Both the position numbers and the translations under genes were made by a program. Under the pieces are notes generated by a model. It searched no databases. It saw nothing but the letters and a program-made list of their open reading frames with translations, and was not told where the DNA came from. Of a DNA stretch of 64,000 bases, positions 21,356 to 33,137 are shown piece by piece. Positions within the stretch are counted from its first letter, which is position 1. Each line of letters begins with the position of its first letter. The stretch comes from Longimicrobiales bacterium (GTDB lineage: Bacteria > Gemmatimonadota > Gemmatimonadetes > Longimicrobiales > Gaopeijiaceae): NCBI GenBank assembly GCA_965203485.1, contig OZ241892.1, positions 2,592,001 through 2,656,000 on the forward strand, given 5' to 3'.

Positions 21356-22240
21356 ATGGGATTCGCAGCGCTCGCGGTGGTGGTGGTCCTCGTCGGCTTC
21401 GTCATTCGCATGCTGCCGGCAGGTCCGGGCAAGCTGCCCACCAAGCCGGCGGGGTACGCAGTCATGGGCCTGGGGCTGGTTCTCATGGCCATGAACACGT
21501 TCGTCGTCATCGGAGTCGGCGAGGTGGGGGTCCAGCGGTTCCTCGGGCGAGTCACGGAGCAGCCGCTGCGAGAAGGCGTCCGGCTCGTTAACCCGCTGGC
21601 CTCGATCGAGAAGATGTCCATCCGCGAGCAGTCGTTTCCGACATCCGGCGTGGAGAAGATCGAAGCGCAGACCTCCGAGCAGCTCAACGTCGCGCTGGAC
21701 GTGTCGGTCGTCTTCAAGATCGACGGCGGCAACGCGCCGACCCTGTTCCGCGAGATCGGCAGCGAACGCCGAATCAAGGAGATCTACGTGCTCAACGCGG
21801 TGCGCAACGGCGTTCGCGACGCCGTGGCCACCAAGTCGATCAACGAGATATTCTCGCCGAACCGGCGCGAGCTCGCGGGCAACATGAAGGCGGAGATCCA
21901 GGCCAAGGCCGGCGAGACGATCGTCGTGGAGGACGTGTTCGTGCGCGACATCCAGGCCCCGCAGCGCGTCCGCGAGGCGATCGAGCAGAAGCTGGAGCGC
22001 GAGCAGCAGGTCGCGGCGGAGGAGTTCCAGACCCAGATCATCCAGGAGCGTGCCCGCCAGCAAGCCGAAGAGGCGAAGGGGATCGCCGAGGCGCAGCGGA
22101 TCATCACCGAGGGGCTGTCGCCGGAGTACCTGACGTTCTACTACATCCAGCAGCTGGCGGAAATGCCCGAGGGGTCGGTGATCTACGTGCCGACGGAGGC
22201 CGGCATTCCCCTGATCCGCAGCCTGGGTGGCGGCAACTAG
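21356..22240 (+). CDS. SPFH/prohibitin family membrane protein
   Basis: Two N-terminal TM helices, band-7 domain, EAIEQK and AEEAKGIAEAQ coiled coil. Confidence 0.92.
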   Translation: MGFAALAVVVVLVGFVIRMLPAGPGKLPTKPAGYAVMGLGLVLMAMNTFVVIGVGEVGVQRFLGRVTEQPLREGVRLVNPLASIEKMSIREQSFPTSGVEKIEAQTSEQLNVALDVSVVFKIDGGNAPTLFREIGSERRIKEIYVLNAVRNGVRDAVATKSINEIFSPNRRELAGNMKAEIQAKAGETIVVEDVFVRDIQAPQRVREAIEQKLEREQQVAAEEFQTQIIQERARQQAEEAKGIAEAQRIITEGLSPEYLTFYYIQQLAEMPEGSVIYVPTEAGIPLIRSLGGGN

Positions 22241-22277
22241 CTCCCCGCGCGGGGCCGCCCGGCAACCTGCCGGACGG

Positions 22278-23399
22278 GTGGCGGAGGCGAGGCGCAAGCG
22301 ACTGCGGCGCTGGTGCGCGACGGCCGTCGTCGCCGCCACCGTGCCGGGCGTCCTCTGGGCCGGCGCCGGATGTTCGCCGATGTACGTGCTTCGGGCGGGA
22401 TGGGCGGAGGCGAAGATCCTGCGCGCCCGCCAGCCCATTCCCGACGTGATACTGGCGCCGGGGACCGACGAGCGCACGCGCGGCAAGCTGACGCTGGCCA
22501 GAGAGGCCCGGGAGTTCGCGCGGACCGGCTTGGCGCTGGACGTGGGGGACAGCTACACGACCTTCGTGCAGCTTGAACGCGATACGCTCGCGATGGTGCT
22601 CTCCGCCGCCTATCGCGACCGGCTGACGCCGCGCACCTGGTGGTTTCCCATCGTGGGCCGCGTTCCCTACCGGGGCTACTTCGACCTGGACGACGCGCTG
22701 CGCGCCCAGGAGGAGCTGGAAGACGAGGGGTTCGACACCTACCTGAGGCCCACGGCCGCCTTCAGCACGCTGGGATGGTTCTCCGATCCGCTGCTCTCGA
22801 CCACGCTGCGCTACGACGAGGTCGAGCTGGTGACGACGATCGTTCACGAGCTGTCCCACAACCACCTCTACTTGCCCGGCAAGAGCCGCTTCAACGAAAG
22901 CTTCGCCACCTGGGTCGGACGGGTGGGCGCGATCGAGTTCTTCTGCACGCGCGACGGCGGCGGGCCGGACACCGTCTGGTGCGGCCGGGCGCGCGACAGG
23001 TGGCAGGACGCGATGCTGTTCTCGGCCTTCGTCGACGAGCTGGTGATCGACTTGCGGCGGGTCTACCGCGACTCGGCTTCGTCGGCGCAGGACAAGCTCG
23101 CCCGCCGCGACGCCGTGTTCGAACGCCACCGGGACCGCTTTCGGGCGGACGTGCAGCCCCGGCTGCGATCGCTGAGCTTCGGCGGCTTCCTCGCGCTCCC
23201 GCTCAACAACGCCACGTTGCTGAGCCGCATGCGCTACTACCACCGGCTGCCCGACTTTCAGCAGTTCCTCGACCGTCGCGGAGGAAGCCTCGCCGTCGCC
23301 GTGGCGGCGATCGCCGGAGACGCAGCCGAGGCCGACGACCCGTTCGCCCTGCTGGCAACTCCGCGACGGGACGGCGGCGCGCCGAGCACGCGCGACTGA
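22278..23399 (+). CDS. Putative zinc aminopeptidase (lipoprotein)
   Basis: WWFPIVGRVPYRGYF, AFSTLGWFSDP, HELSH...FNESFA; start uncertain (22227-22380). Confidence 0.85.
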   Translation: MAEARRKRLRRWCATAVVAATVPGVLWAGAGCSPMYVLRAGWAEAKILRARQPIPDVILAPGTDERTRGKLTLAREAREFARTGLALDVGDSYTTFVQLERDTLAMVLSAAYRDRLTPRTWWFPIVGRVPYRGYFDLDDALRAQEELEDEGFDTYLRPTAAFSTLGWFSDPLLSTTLRYDEVELVTTIVHELSHNHLYLPGKSRFNESFATWVGRVGAIEFFCTRDGGGPDTVWCGRARDRWQDAMLFSAFVDELVIDLRRVYRDSASSAQDKLARRDAVFERHRDRFRADVQPRLRSLSFGGFLALPLNNATLLSRMRYYHRLPDFQQFLDRRGGSLAVAVAAIAGDAAEADDPFALLATPRRDGGAPSTRD

Positions 23400-23495
23400 C
23401 CAAGCTCCCGGGGTTCGACATCCGTGCGTCGCCGCATCGATTTTCGGTGCCGTCGCCGTCGCGCGACTGACCGGGCTCCCGGGGTTCGACGTCCG
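23389..23495 (+). repeat. 36-bp direct repeat, two copies, 35-bp spacer
   Basis: CGCGCGACTGACC(AA/GG)GCTCCCGGGGTTCGAC(A/G)TCCG at 23389-23424 and 23460-23495; 33/36 identical. Confidence 0.85.
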
Positions 23496-23592
23496 CCCCG
23501 GCGCCCTGTCGCCTTCGCTTTAGCTTTCTTCGTCGCCCAAGCGGCCGCCGCGCTCGCCGCTCGGGCCGCGCGCCCGCCGTCCCCGCCGCTCT

Positions 23593-26094
23593 TTGCCGCC
23601 ATTGTCTTCGACCACCGTCCGGACTTCGCGCCCCACGCGAGGGTACGATCCCGTTGCCGTGGAGCGGCGGTGGCGCGAGACCTGGGACCGCGAAGGGACC
23701 AACGCGCTGACCCTCGACCGGCTCCGCACGGCGAAGCGGCCCTTCTTCAATCTGATGATGTTCCCCTATCCGTCGGCGGAGGGGCTGCACGTCGGCAACA
23801 TCTACGCGTTCACGGGGGCCGACGTCCACGGACGCTTCAAGCGAATGCAGGGCTACGACGTCTTCGAGCCCATCGGCTTCGACGCCTTCGGCATCCACTC
23901 CGAGAACTTCGCGCTCAAGACCGGGGTTCACCCGATGGAGCTGATCCCGGCGAACATCGCCAACTTCCGGCGGCAGCTGCGGCGCATCGGCGGCATGTTC
24001 GACTGGGACCACACCGTCGACACGACCGATCCGCGCTACTACAAGTGGACGCAGTGGCTCTTCCTGCAACTCTTCAAGCGAGGCTTGGCGGAGCACAAGG
24101 AGGCGCCGGTCAACTGGTGTCCGTCGTGCATGACCGTGCTGGCCAACGAGCAGGTGATCGCGGGGGCTTGCGAGCGGTGCGCGACGCCGGTGGAGCAGCG
24201 GCGCGTGCGGCAGTGGTTCTTCAAGATCACCGACTACGCCGAGCGTCTGTTGCGGAACCTGGACCGGATCGACTGGTCCGAGTCCACGCTGAAGGCGCAA
24301 CGCAACTGGATCGGGCGCTCGCAAGGGGCGTTGATCCGCTTTCCGGTGGCGGACGGCGGCGAGGACGCGGAGCCGGCCGTCGAGGTCTTCACGACGCGGC
24401 CCGACACGCTGTGCGGCGCCACGTACGTGGTCCTGGCTCCCGAGCATCCCATGGTGGCCGCCTTGACCAGCGACGGCCAGCGGGCCGACGTGGAGGCATA
24501 CGTCGCGGCGAGCGGGGCGAGGGACTTGGTGGCCCGGCAGAAGGCGGGCGCCGGCAAGACGGGCGTCTGGACGGGCGCCTGCTGCGTCAATCCGGGTACG
24601 GGCGAGCGGGTGCCCGTGTGGGTGGCCGACTACGTGCTGACGGGGTACGGGACGGGCGCGATCATGGCGGTGCCCGCCCACGACCAGCGCGACTTCGAGT
24701 TCGCCAACACGTTCGGCCTGGAGGTTCGCCGCGTGGTGGCGCCGCCGGGATGCGACGCTTCTTCGCCGGTGGACGGGGCGTACGACGGCGCGGACGGCGT
24801 GCTCGTCAACTCCGGCCGGTACGACGGACTCCCCGTGGAGGACGCCAAGCTCGCCGTGGTGGACGACTTGGCCGGGACGGGCCGCGCCGAATCGCGCGTC
24901 AACTACCGGCTGCACGACTGGTGCATCTCCCGGCAGCGGTACTGGGGTCCTCCGATCCCCGTCGTCCACTGTCCGGACTGCGGTCCCGTGGCCGTCCCCG
25001 AGGAGGACCTGCCCGTCGAGCTTCCCCACGTGAGCGACTTCCGGCCCGACGACTCGGGCACGAGCCCGCTGGCACGGATCCGCGACTGGTACCAAGCCGC
25101 CTGCCCCGACTGCGGCGGGCCCGCCACCCGCGAGACCGACGTCTCCGACACCTTTCTGGACAGCGCCTGGTACTTCCTGCGCTACCCGTCCACCGACTTC
25201 GACGACCGCGCGTTCGACCCGGAGATCACGAGCCGCTGGCTGCCCGTCCACGCCTACATCGGCGGCAACGAGCACGCCGTGCTGCACCTCCTCTACTCGC
25301 GCTTCGTGGTGATGGCGCTTCACGACATGGAGATGCTGGAGTTCGAGGAGCCCTACGCGCAGTTCCGCGCCCACGGCCTGATCGTCCGCGAGGGCGCGAA
25401 GATGTCCAAGAGCCGGGGCAACGTGATCATCCCCGACGCCATCATCGAGAAGTACGGCGCGGACACGTTCCGTCTCTACCTGATGTTCCTGGGACCGTTC
25501 ATGGAGGGAGGGGACTACCAGGACAAGGGCATCGCCGGACCGCACGGGTTCCTGCACCGGCTGTGGGAATCGGTCGCGCCGGAGGACGGCGAGCTGCCGG
25601 ACGAGCCTCCCGGCCGGGCCGTCGAGCGGCTGCTGCACCGGACGATCGAGCGCGTGACGGAGCAAGTGGCCGCGCTACGCTACAACACGGCGGTCGCGGC
25701 CATGATGGAGTACCTCAACGCGGTGCGCGCGGGAGGGCGCGCGCCGCGCCGGGGCGAGGTGGAGCCGTTGGTGCTGATGGTCGCCCCGTTCGCGCCGCAC
25801 CTCGCCGAGGAGCTCTGGCGGCGCCTGGGCCATCGCGGCAGCATCTTCGACGGCGCGCGCTGGCCGACCTTCGACCCGGAGAAGGCCCGCGAGGAGCGAG
25901 TGGGCCTGGCCGTGCAGGTGAACGGCAAGGTGCGCGGCCAAGTCGGCGCTCCGGCCGGCGTGGGGAGGGAGCGCGCGGTGGCGCTGGCGCGCGAGGCCGA
26001 GAACGTGGCCCGATACTTGCAAGGACGATCGGTGCGCAAGGTGGTCTTCGTGCCGGGCCGCCTCGTCAACTTCGTCGTCGACGATTCCCGGTAG
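23593..26094 (+). CDS. leuS: Leucine--tRNA ligase
   Basis: [52 protein letters not shown]. Confidence 0.98.
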   Translation: MPPLSSTTVRTSRPTRGYDPVAVERRWRETWDREGTNALTLDRLRTAKRPFFNLMMFPYPSAEGLHVGNIYAFTGADVHGRFKRMQGYDVFEPIGFDAFGIHSENFALKTGVHPMELIPANIANFRRQLRRIGGMFDWDHTVDTTDPRYYKWTQWLFLQLFKRGLAEHKEAPVNWCPSCMTVLANEQVIAGACERCATPVEQRRVRQWFFKITDYAERLLRNLDRIDWSESTLKAQRNWIGRSQGALIRFPVADGGEDAEPAVEVFTTRPDTLCGATYVVLAPEHPMVAALTSDGQRADVEAYVAASGARDLVARQKAGAGKTGVWTGACCVNPGTGERVPVWVADYVLTGYGTGAIMAVPAHDQRDFEFANTFGLEVRRVVAPPGCDASSPVDGAYDGADGVLVNSGRYDGLPVEDAKLAVVDDLAGTGRAESRVNYRLHDWCISRQRYWGPPIPVVHCPDCGPVAVPEEDLPVELPHVSDFRPDDSGTSPLARIRDWYQAACPDCGGPATRETDVSDTFLDSAWYFLRYPSTDFDDRAFDPEITSRWLPVHAYIGGNEHAVLHLLYSRFVVMALHDMEMLEFEEPYAQFRAHGLIVREGAKMSKSRGNVIIPDAIIEKYGADTFRLYLMFLGPFMEGGDYQDKGIAGPHGFLHRLWESVAPEDGELPDEPPGRAVERLLHRTIERVTEQVAALRYNTAVAAMMEYLNAVRAGGRAPRRGEVEPLVLMVAPFAPHLAEELWRRLGHRGSIFDGARWPTFDPEKAREERVGLAVQVNGKVRGQVGAPAGVGRERAVALAREAENVARYLQGRSVRKVVFVPGRLVNFVVDDSR

Positions 26095-26111
26095 AGCAAG
26101 GCGAGAGAGCA

Positions 26112-28157
26112 GTGCCGGACAGAGAAAAGCTGGCCATCGACGCGATCAAGGCGCTCGCGATGGACGCCGTGCAGGCCGCCGCTTCCGGGCATCCGGGCAC
26201 GCCGATGGCCCTGGCGCCTCTCGGATACGTCCTATGGACGCGACACCTGCGACACAATCCTGCGAATCCGGCCTGGATCGACCGCGACCGCTTCGTCCTC
26301 TCGGCAGGCCACGCGTCGATGCTCCTGTACGCGCTGCTGCACCTGAGCGGCTACGACTTGTCGATCGACGAGATCCGCCGCTTCCGCCAGTGGGGCTCGA
26401 GAACCCCGGGGCACCCCGAGCACGGCTGCACCCCGGGCGTCGAGACCACCACCGGGCCGCTCGGGCAGGGCGTGGCCAACTCGGTCGGCATGGCGCTCGC
26501 CGAGCGCTGGCTGGCGGCGCGATTCAACCGTCCGGGCCACGAGATCGTCGATCATCGCACGTACGCCGTGTGCTCGGACGGCGACCTGATGGAGGGCGTC
26601 TCGCACGAGGCCGCCGAGCTGGCCGGCCACCAGCGGCTGGGCAAGCTGATCTGGGTCTTCGACGACAACCGCATCACCATCGAGGGAGACGCCGCGCTCG
26701 CCGTCTCGACGAACCAGGCGCGCCGCTTCGAGAGCTACGGATGGCAGACGCTGCGCGTGGAGGACGGCGCGGACGCGGACGCGATCGACGCGGCGCTCGC
26801 CGACGCCAAGGCCGAGGCGGACCGGCCAAGCTTGATCGTGCTGCGGACCACCATCGCCGACGGGAGCCCCAACATGGCGGGGCTGGCGTCCACGCACGGG
26901 GCGCCCCTCGGGCACGACGAGGTGGCGGCCACCAAGCGCCATGTCGGGTATCCGTCCGGCGAGCCGTTCCACGTTCCGGCCGAGGCTCTGGCCCACTGGC
27001 GCGACAAGGGCGCGGAGGCCGCCCGGCACGAGGACGCTTGGAAGCGCCGCTTCGCCAAGTACGAGGCGGAGCACCCCGAGCTGGCGTCGTCGCTGCTGGC
27101 CTCGTTGGCCGGCGATCTCCCGGACGGCTGGGACGAGGAGCTGCCGGACTTGGGCGGAGCCGACGGGGCGACCCGAGGGCATTCGGGCAAGGCGCTGCAG
27201 GCGGTGGCGCGCGGCGTTCCCTGGCTCGTCGGCGGCTCGGCGGACCTGGGCGGCTCCAACAAGACCGACATCGCCGGCGGCGGGGACCTGCTGGCCGGCA
27301 ACCCGGACGGGCGCGTAGTCCACTTCGGCGTTCGCGAGCACGCGATGGGCGCGGTCATGAACGGGATGGCGCTGCACGGCGGCGTGCGGCCCTTCGGCGG
27401 CACCTTCTTGGTGTTCTCCGACTACATGCGCCCCGCCGTTCGCTTGGCGGCGCTGATGGGCCTGCCCGTGATCTGGGTGTTCTCGCACGACAGCATCGGC
27501 CTGGGGGAGGACGGGCCGACGCACCAGCCGGTCGAGCACTTGGCCGCGCTGCGCGCCATTCCGGGACTCCTCGACTTGCGGCCCGCCGACGGCCCCGAAA
27601 CGGCCGAGGCGTGGCGCGCGGCGATGCGGCGAGCGGGCGGGCCTTCGTTCCTGTCGCTGACGAGACAGGCGGTGCCGGCAATCGAGCGAGGCGGACGGAC
27701 GGCGGGGGCGAGCGGGCTTCGCCGGGGAGGATACGTGCTGCGCGACGCGGTGGGCGGCGCCCCGGAGGCGGTGGTTGCGGCGTCGGGATCGGAAGTGCAC
27801 GTGGCGTTGGAAGCGCAACGGCGGTTGGAGCGGAGGGGCGCGCGGGTGCGCGTCGCCAGCCTGCCCAGCTGGCGCCTCTTCGCGGAACAGCCCGCCGCGT
27901 ACAGGGACGAGGTGATTCCGCCGGACGCGGCCAAGGTGTCGGTGGAGGCGGGCAGCACGATGGGGTGGGAGCGATGGATAGGAGCGGACGGGATAGCGGT
28001 GGGGATCGACGAGTTCGGGGCGTCCGCGCCCTACGAGGAGCTCTACGAGCGGTGCGGCGTGACGGCGGCGGCGGTCGAAGACGCGGCGCTGCGCGCGATG
28101 GCGCGGCCGCGGCGCGGGGCCGGGCCGGTCGAGCGCGCGGGAGGTTCGGGCCGGTGA
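26112..28157 (+). CDS. tkt: Transketolase
   Basis: [40 protein letters not shown] start at 26112. Confidence 0.97.
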   Translation: MPDREKLAIDAIKALAMDAVQAAASGHPGTPMALAPLGYVLWTRHLRHNPANPAWIDRDRFVLSAGHASMLLYALLHLSGYDLSIDEIRRFRQWGSRTPGHPEHGCTPGVETTTGPLGQGVANSVGMALAERWLAARFNRPGHEIVDHRTYAVCSDGDLMEGVSHEAAELAGHQRLGKLIWVFDDNRITIEGDAALAVSTNQARRFESYGWQTLRVEDGADADAIDAALADAKAEADRPSLIVLRTTIADGSPNMAGLASTHGAPLGHDEVAATKRHVGYPSGEPFHVPAEALAHWRDKGAEAARHEDAWKRRFAKYEAEHPELASSLLASLAGDLPDGWDEELPDLGGADGATRGHSGKALQAVARGVPWLVGGSADLGGSNKTDIAGGGDLLAGNPDGRVVHFGVREHAMGAVMNGMALHGGVRPFGGTFLVFSDYMRPAVRLAALMGLPVIWVFSHDSIGLGEDGPTHQPVEHLAALRAIPGLLDLRPADGPETAEAWRAAMRRAGGPSFLSLTRQAVPAIERGGRTAGASGLRRGGYVLRDAVGGAPEAVVAASGSEVHVALEAQRRLERRGARVRVASLPSWRLFAEQPAAYRDEVIPPDAAKVSVEAGSTMGWERWIGADGIAVGIDEFGASAPYEELYERCGVTAAAVEDAALRAMARPRRGAGPVERAGGSGR

Positions 28158-30262
28158 GGAGCGCGGTCGGGCGCCGGCCGCCGCCGGGCCGGGCCGGCGA
28201 AGAGCGGGGCGACGCCCGCGGAGCCTTGATTCGAGCGGGCGTCGTGGCGGCGGTCGCGGCGGTCCTGCTTCCGGCGAACGTCCACGGCCAGGAGGACACG
28301 CTCAAGGCGATTCGCGTTCAGGGCGTGCGCGTCGTGGCGGCTCGCCCGTCGGCGACCGCGGGCGGCGCCAGCACCGTGACGATCTCGCTCGACTCGGCCG
28401 GCGTCGCGGCGGCCCCGACCGCCGAGGAGCTCCTCCGCCGGATGCCCGTCATCCAGCTCAGGGCCAACTCGCGCGGCGAAGTCCAGCCGAACCTCCGCGG
28501 CGCCGAGGACCGCCAGATCGCCGTGCTCCTCGACGGCATTCCCCTCACGCTGGGCTGGGACCATCGCACGGACCTGTCGATCGTCCCGCTGACGGCGGTG
28601 CGGCGCGTCACGCTGTTGCGGGAACTGTCGTCGATCCTGCACGGCCCGAACGTGCTCGGCGGCGCAGTGGAGTTCGACGTCGTGGGCGGAGCGCGGCGCC
28701 AGAGCGCGGCGCCGCCGATCGCCGGGGCGCTGTCGATCGACCAAGAGGGCGGCATCGGCGCAGGCGCCACCGCCGAGATGCGGTTGGACCGCACGCGGTC
28801 GTCGTGGACGTTGCGGACAGGCGCCGGATTTCGCGCCCGGCAGGGCGTCACGCTGCCCGGCGCGGCACTTGCCGACCAGCGCCTCCGCCCGGTCCTCCTC
28901 GCCAACGACGACGGCCTGAGGCTCAACTCCGACCGCAAGCAAGCGGACGGGTTCGTGGCGGCGCGCTACGAAGCGGACGGCGGCGCGTGGCTGTCGAGTC
29001 TCGCAACGGTGTTCGAGACGGACCGGGGCGTGCCGCCCGAGGCTCACGTGGCCGAACCCAGGCTGTGGCGCTACCCGAGCCAGAACCGCGTGTTCGTGAC
29101 GGCGTCGGGGGGCACGGGCGAACGCCGCACGCCCCTGGGAGCCACGCAACTCGAAACCAACTTCGGCTTCGACCGGTCGGAGACGCACATCGACGAATAC
29201 GCGACGCCCGCTTACGAATCGGTGACCGGCGGCGAGACCGGCGCGACGACGACGCTCACCGGACGCTTGGTCGGCGAGCACGCCTTCAACTCGGAGTGGG
29301 TGGAGATCGGCTTCGCCACGACGTTCGCCAGCGTCAGCCATCGAGAGGCCCCGCAAGACGGGCCGCCCCTGGACTACCTGCAACGCCTCTGGAGCGTGGG
29401 CACGGAACTCCGCGTCGGCAACCGGCAAGACGGATCCGGGACGCTGTGGACGGCGGGCGTGGCTCTCGACGGCGCAAACACGCCCAAGTCGGGCGACAAG
29501 CCCAAGTTGGGCAACCTGGCCGACTGGGCGTTTCGAACGGGCATCACTCGCGCGTCGGGCGGCGGCCGCGTCCTCTATCACGCCTCCGTCAGCCGCCGCG
29601 ACCGCTTTCCGTCTCTGCGCGAACTCTACTCGGGCGCCCTGGGGCGCTTCGAGCCCAACCCATCCCTGCGGCCGGAGGCCCTGGTGGCCGCCGAAGCCGG
29701 CGTGACCGTCGGCCTGGACGTCGGCCAGTTCCAGCTGACGACCTTCCACCATCGTCTCGGCGGCGGCATCGTGCGCACCACGCTCCCCGGACCGACGGGC
29801 ACGAAGTTCATCCGCGTGAACCGCCACGAGGTGCGGTCCAGCGGCGTCGAGCTCGTAGTCGGGGGCGGCTCCGGCCCGTTCTCGTACGGCGGAGACTTGA
29901 CGTTGCAACGCGTGCGGATCGTGGACCCGTCCGTGCCGGACGGAGACGACCGCGCCGAGTACGAGCCCGCGCTTTCCGGAATGGCGACACTCTCCGCGCC
30001 GGGCCCGTGGGGGCTGGCGTTGAGCGGCACCGTGCGCTTTCGCGGCTCGCAGTACTGCCGGAGCGTGGACGCGCCGGGCATGGAGCCCGTGCCCCCCAGC
30101 ACGACGTTGGACTTCGAAGCGCGGCGCACCTTCCTCACGAAGGGAGGCCGCTCCCTCGGCGGCGCCGTGGCGATCGCAAACGCCGGCGATTCAATGGTGT
30201 TGGACCAGTGCGGACTTCCCCAGCCCGGACGCACCGTCAGGATTCAGTTCAACCTTCGCTGA
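28154..30262 (+). CDS. TonB-dependent receptor
   Basis: Plug motifs (LRG....[18 protein letters not shown]), NPSLRPE, C-terminal [12 protein letters not shown]. Confidence 0.88.
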   Translation: MRSAVGRRPPPGRAGEERGDARGALIRAGVVAAVAAVLLPANVHGQEDTLKAIRVQGVRVVAARPSATAGGASTVTISLDSAGVAAAPTAEELLRRMPVIQLRANSRGEVQPNLRGAEDRQIAVLLDGIPLTLGWDHRTDLSIVPLTAVRRVTLLRELSSILHGPNVLGGAVEFDVVGGARRQSAAPPIAGALSIDQEGGIGAGATAEMRLDRTRSSWTLRTGAGFRARQGVTLPGAALADQRLRPVLLANDDGLRLNSDRKQADGFVAARYEADGGAWLSSLATVFETDRGVPPEAHVAEPRLWRYPSQNRVFVTASGGTGERRTPLGATQLETNFGFDRSETHIDEYATPAYESVTGGETGATTTLTGRLVGEHAFNSEWVEIGFATTFASVSHREAPQDGPPLDYLQRLWSVGTELRVGNRQDGSGTLWTAGVALDGANTPKSGDKPKLGNLADWAFRTGITRASGGGRVLYHASVSRRDRFPSLRELYSGALGRFEPNPSLRPEALVAAEAGVTVGLDVGQFQLTTFHHRLGGGIVRTTLPGPTGTKFIRVNRHEVRSSGVELVVGGGSGPFSYGGDLTLQRVRIVDPSVPDGDDRAEYEPALSGMATLSAPGPWGLALSGTVRFRGSQYCRSVDAPGMEPVPPSTTLDFEARRTFLTKGGRSLGGAVAIANAGDSMVLDQCGLPQPGRTVRIQFNLR

Positions 30263-30347
30263 AGCCGTCGGCCGCGCGCCGGCGCCCCGGACGCCCGCGG
30301 GTCGCGCGGAGCCTTGCTCGCCGGGGGATTCGAGGACGTCCGCGGGC

Positions 30348-31295
30348 CTAGATGGCCTCGAGCGCCGCGGCGTCCAGCCATCCGACCCTGCCGTCGGCGA
30401 GCACGATCTCGGCCCAGCTCCCGGAGCGGCGGTCGATGCGGACCTTGGCGCCTTCGTGGATGGTGAAGAGAGCCAAGCCGTCGGACGAAGGCGCGCTGAC
30501 GGCCTGCGCCTCGGCGGCCGTCACGACGGCTTCCTCCGGGTGGGCCCAGTCCGCTTCCTTGGCGGCCAGAGTGACGGCCAGCGCGACGAAGGCCGTCCCG
30601 GCCGTCCACGCGGCTGCTCGCAACGCTCGGCGGGCCCTGCGCGGGCGGCCGAGGACGAGCAACGCCAGCGCCGTGCCAAGGGCCACGTACGCGGCGGCGA
30701 CGGCCAGCCCGACGGCGCCGCGGGGCCAGAGCGCCAGCCACCAGTCGGCCGCCGCCGACAGCCAGAAGCGCGGGAGCGGCTCGAAGCGATCGCGGAGCCG
30801 CTGGGTGACCAGCGCGAGGTTGGCGCGCGCGTCGTCGTGGCCGGGTTCCAGGCGGAGCGCCCTCTCGTAGGCGAGCACGGCGGGGCCCAGTCGGCCCAGC
30901 CGGTAGTGGGCGTTGCCGAGGTTGTAGTGGAGCGCGGCGGATTCCAGTCCCGCCTCGAGCACCGAGGCGTAGGCGGCGGCCGCGGCTTCGAAGTCGCCTT
31001 CCCCGTAGAGCGCGTTGCCACGATCGAAGCCGTCCTCTTGGGCCGCCGCCGGGTCGCTGGAAGAGCCCAGGCGGGTCGCGCGGCCCGGCGTCGTGCCGGC
31101 GGCGGCGAGAAAGCGGCCGGCCGGCGGCCAGCCAGTCATTCCCGCGAGCGTCGCGGCGGCCGCGGCGCCGGACGCGCCGACCGGCCGGAGCAAGGGAAGG
31201 ACCGGCGCCGCGGCAAGAATCAGCGCCGCGACGCCTAGCGGACGGACGACGGCGGGGGCCGAGAGCGCCGCGGCGGACGGACGACGGCCGCTCAC
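30348..31295 (-). CDS. batE: BatE-like TPR + SH3 protein
   Basis: TPRs (LHYNLGNAHY), two TM helices, FTIHEGAKV...GRVGW. Confidence 0.88.
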   Translation of the reverse strand: MSGRRPSAAALSAPAVVRPLGVAALILAAAPVLPLLRPVGASGAAAAATLAGMTGWPPAGRFLAAAGTTPGRATRLGSSSDPAAAQEDGFDRGNALYGEGDFEAAAAAYASVLEAGLESAALHYNLGNAHYRLGRLGPAVLAYERALRLEPGHDDARANLALVTQRLRDRFEPLPRFWLSAAADWWLALWPRGAVGLAVAAAYVALGTALALLVLGRPRRARRALRAAAWTAGTAFVALAVTLAAKEADWAHPEEAVVTAAEAQAVSAPSSDGLALFTIHEGAKVRIDRRSGSWAEIVLADGRVGWLDAAALEAI

Positions 31296-33136
31296 GACTT
31301 CACCTCGTGCGCGAAGTCGTCCATCAGGGCCGCGGCCTCCTCCAGGGCCGCGTCCTGCGAAGTCGCGCCCGCCGGAGAAGGCGCGAAGCGCTCCCGGTCG
31401 CAACGGTCCAGGCATTCGAAGAGCCGGTCCAGCGTATGCTCGGCCACGCCCCGAGCTCCGGCGGCGCGCCGCACGTCGCTCCGCTCGAAACCGGCGGCGG
31501 CGAGGTTGAGCTTGTCCGCGACGAATCCCTGCAGTGCTCCGGCGAGCGCGGCGTGGAAGTCGCGCGAGTCTCCCCGGACCACGGATCTGGCCCGGGCCAA
31601 GCGCTTGTTCGCGATGCGTCGCGCCCGTCGCGCCCGGGCGTACGACACGTCAGCTTCGAGCCGGTCGCTGCGGCGGCGGACGGCCGCGGCGCCGGCCACG
31701 GCGGCCAACGGCAGCAGCGCAACGATCCAGAACGGCGCCGCGGCGAAAATGGAACGGTCCGTCCGGCGAAGACGCGGTTCGCCCGTGTGGATGAAGCGGA
31801 TGTCGTCGCGCAACGACTCGACGGACGCCGCCGCGCCCGGACGCCCTGCGGGCGCGGCGGCGCCCGGAACGGCGGCCACCTCGACTTCGATGGGCGAGGT
31901 GCGAGTGCGCAGGTACGCTTCGCGCCCGGGATCGAAGTAGGCCACCTCCACGGCGGGCAGGGCCAGCCTCCCCGGCGCCCTCGGCACGAGGACGTACTCG
32001 TAGGTGCGCGAGCCGCGCAGGCCGTCGGCGCTCGGCGCGATGTCGTCGTCGACCTCCGGGGGGAACGCCTCGAATTCCGGCGGAAACTGGATGTCGGGCG
32101 CCGCCAGCGAGCGCATGTTGCCCGTTCCCGACAGCACCAGCCGGAACGAAACGGCCTCGCCCGCATCCACTAACGCCTTGTCCACGGAAGCGGAGGCGTT
32201 CAGCGTCCCCACGTGCCCGAGAAACGTCGCCGGGCGGCCTGCTCGGGGCAGCGGCAACGCCTCGATCTCCACCCTGTTGGAAGCCGCCGACACGGGGACG
32301 CCCGACCGGAGGAGACTGCTCTCCATGCTGAACAGCTCGTCGAACAGGCTGCGCGGGCTGCTCCGCGGCACCCGCGCCGTCCCCTCCACGCGAAGGGGTT
32401 CCAGGGTTCTCCGACCCGGCCCGGCCGGGAAGAGCGCGAAGCGCCGAATCGCCCTGCTGCCGTACTGTATCCCGTTGCGGACTACGGTGGACTGGCCTCC
32501 CACTCCCAGCTCCTCGACCCAAAAGCCCTCGGTGCTCGGCTGCTCGGCGATGCTGGCGTAGTCCACGTCCACCCGAGAGAACAGCCGGTACTCGACGACG
32601 ACGGCCTCGTTCTCGTACACCCGCGCCGCGTCCGCGCGCGCTTCGACGAAGAAGTCCTCCCCGGATACGCCCTCGGGCGCGTCCTCCCGCCAGCCCCCGC
32701 CAGCCCCCGTCCGCGGCGGCGCGTCGGAGACGACCAGCGTCAGCGGCTCCGTCAGCAGAGTCCGGCCGCCCACCGAGACGGGGACCGCCGGTATCTCGAC
32801 CGTGCCTTGGGCCACTGCCTGATACCAGAACTTGTACGTGAACGACGTGGTTGCCCGCCCGTTGAAGATGCTCACGGACGTCTCCGTGCCGATCGAGAGG
32901 AAGCGGGCGGCGCCGGACAGGTCGGGCGGGACCGGATCCGCGTCCGTGCGCTGGGCGTCCACGACCTCGACGTTGAGCGCGAACCGCTCGCCGACCGCGA
33001 CATGGGTTCCGCTCAGGTGCGCGCGCACCGAAGGCGGCTGGGCCGCCGCGACCGCGACCGGAACGGGCAGGACGGCCGTCAAGAAGACCCGGAAACCGCA
33101 GACGGGACGGAACCGACGCCGGCGCAACCTCGGCAT
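31292..33136 (-). CDS. batD: BatD family protein
   Basis: Signal peptide, Ig-like BatD repeats, C-terminal TM; operon position. Confidence 0.9.
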   Translation of the reverse strand: MPRLRRRRFRPVCGFRVFLTAVLPVPVAVAAAQPPSVRAHLSGTHVAVGERFALNVEVVDAQRTDADPVPPDLSGAARFLSIGTETSVSIFNGRATTSFTYKFWYQAVAQGTVEIPAVPVSVGGRTLLTEPLTLVVSDAPPRTGAGGGWREDAPEGVSGEDFFVEARADAARVYENEAVVVEYRLFSRVDVDYASIAEQPSTEGFWVEELGVGGQSTVVRNGIQYGSRAIRRFALFPAGPGRRTLEPLRVEGTARVPRSSPRSLFDELFSMESSLLRSGVPVSAASNRVEIEALPLPRAGRPATFLGHVGTLNASASVDKALVDAGEAVSFRLVLSGTGNMRSLAAPDIQFPPEFEAFPPEVDDDIAPSADGLRGSRTYEYVLVPRAPGRLALPAVEVAYFDPGREAYLRTRTSPIEVEVAAVPGAAAPAGRPGAAASVESLRDDIRFIHTGEPRLRRTDRSIFAAAPFWIVALLPLAAVAGAAAVRRRSDRLEADVSYARARRARRIANKRLARARSVVRGDSRDFHAALAGALQGFVADKLNLAAAGFERSDVRRAAGARGVAEHTLDRLFECLDRCDRERFAPSPAGATSQDAALEEAAALMDDFAHEVKS

Positions 33137-33137
33137 C

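Noticed and set aside
23389..23495. CRISPR array or tRNA
   Set aside because: Only two repeats, no cas genes or leader, and the first repeat overlaps a CDS stop; no cloverleaf can be built around GGTTCGA.
23424..28157. 1577-aa ORF as a giant fusion protein
   Set aside because: The first ~900 aa are an off-frame shadow of leuS; only the part from 26112 is transketolase. The same applies to the over-extended ORFs 26234-30262, 33138-36278, 46245-50261 and 9580-11697.
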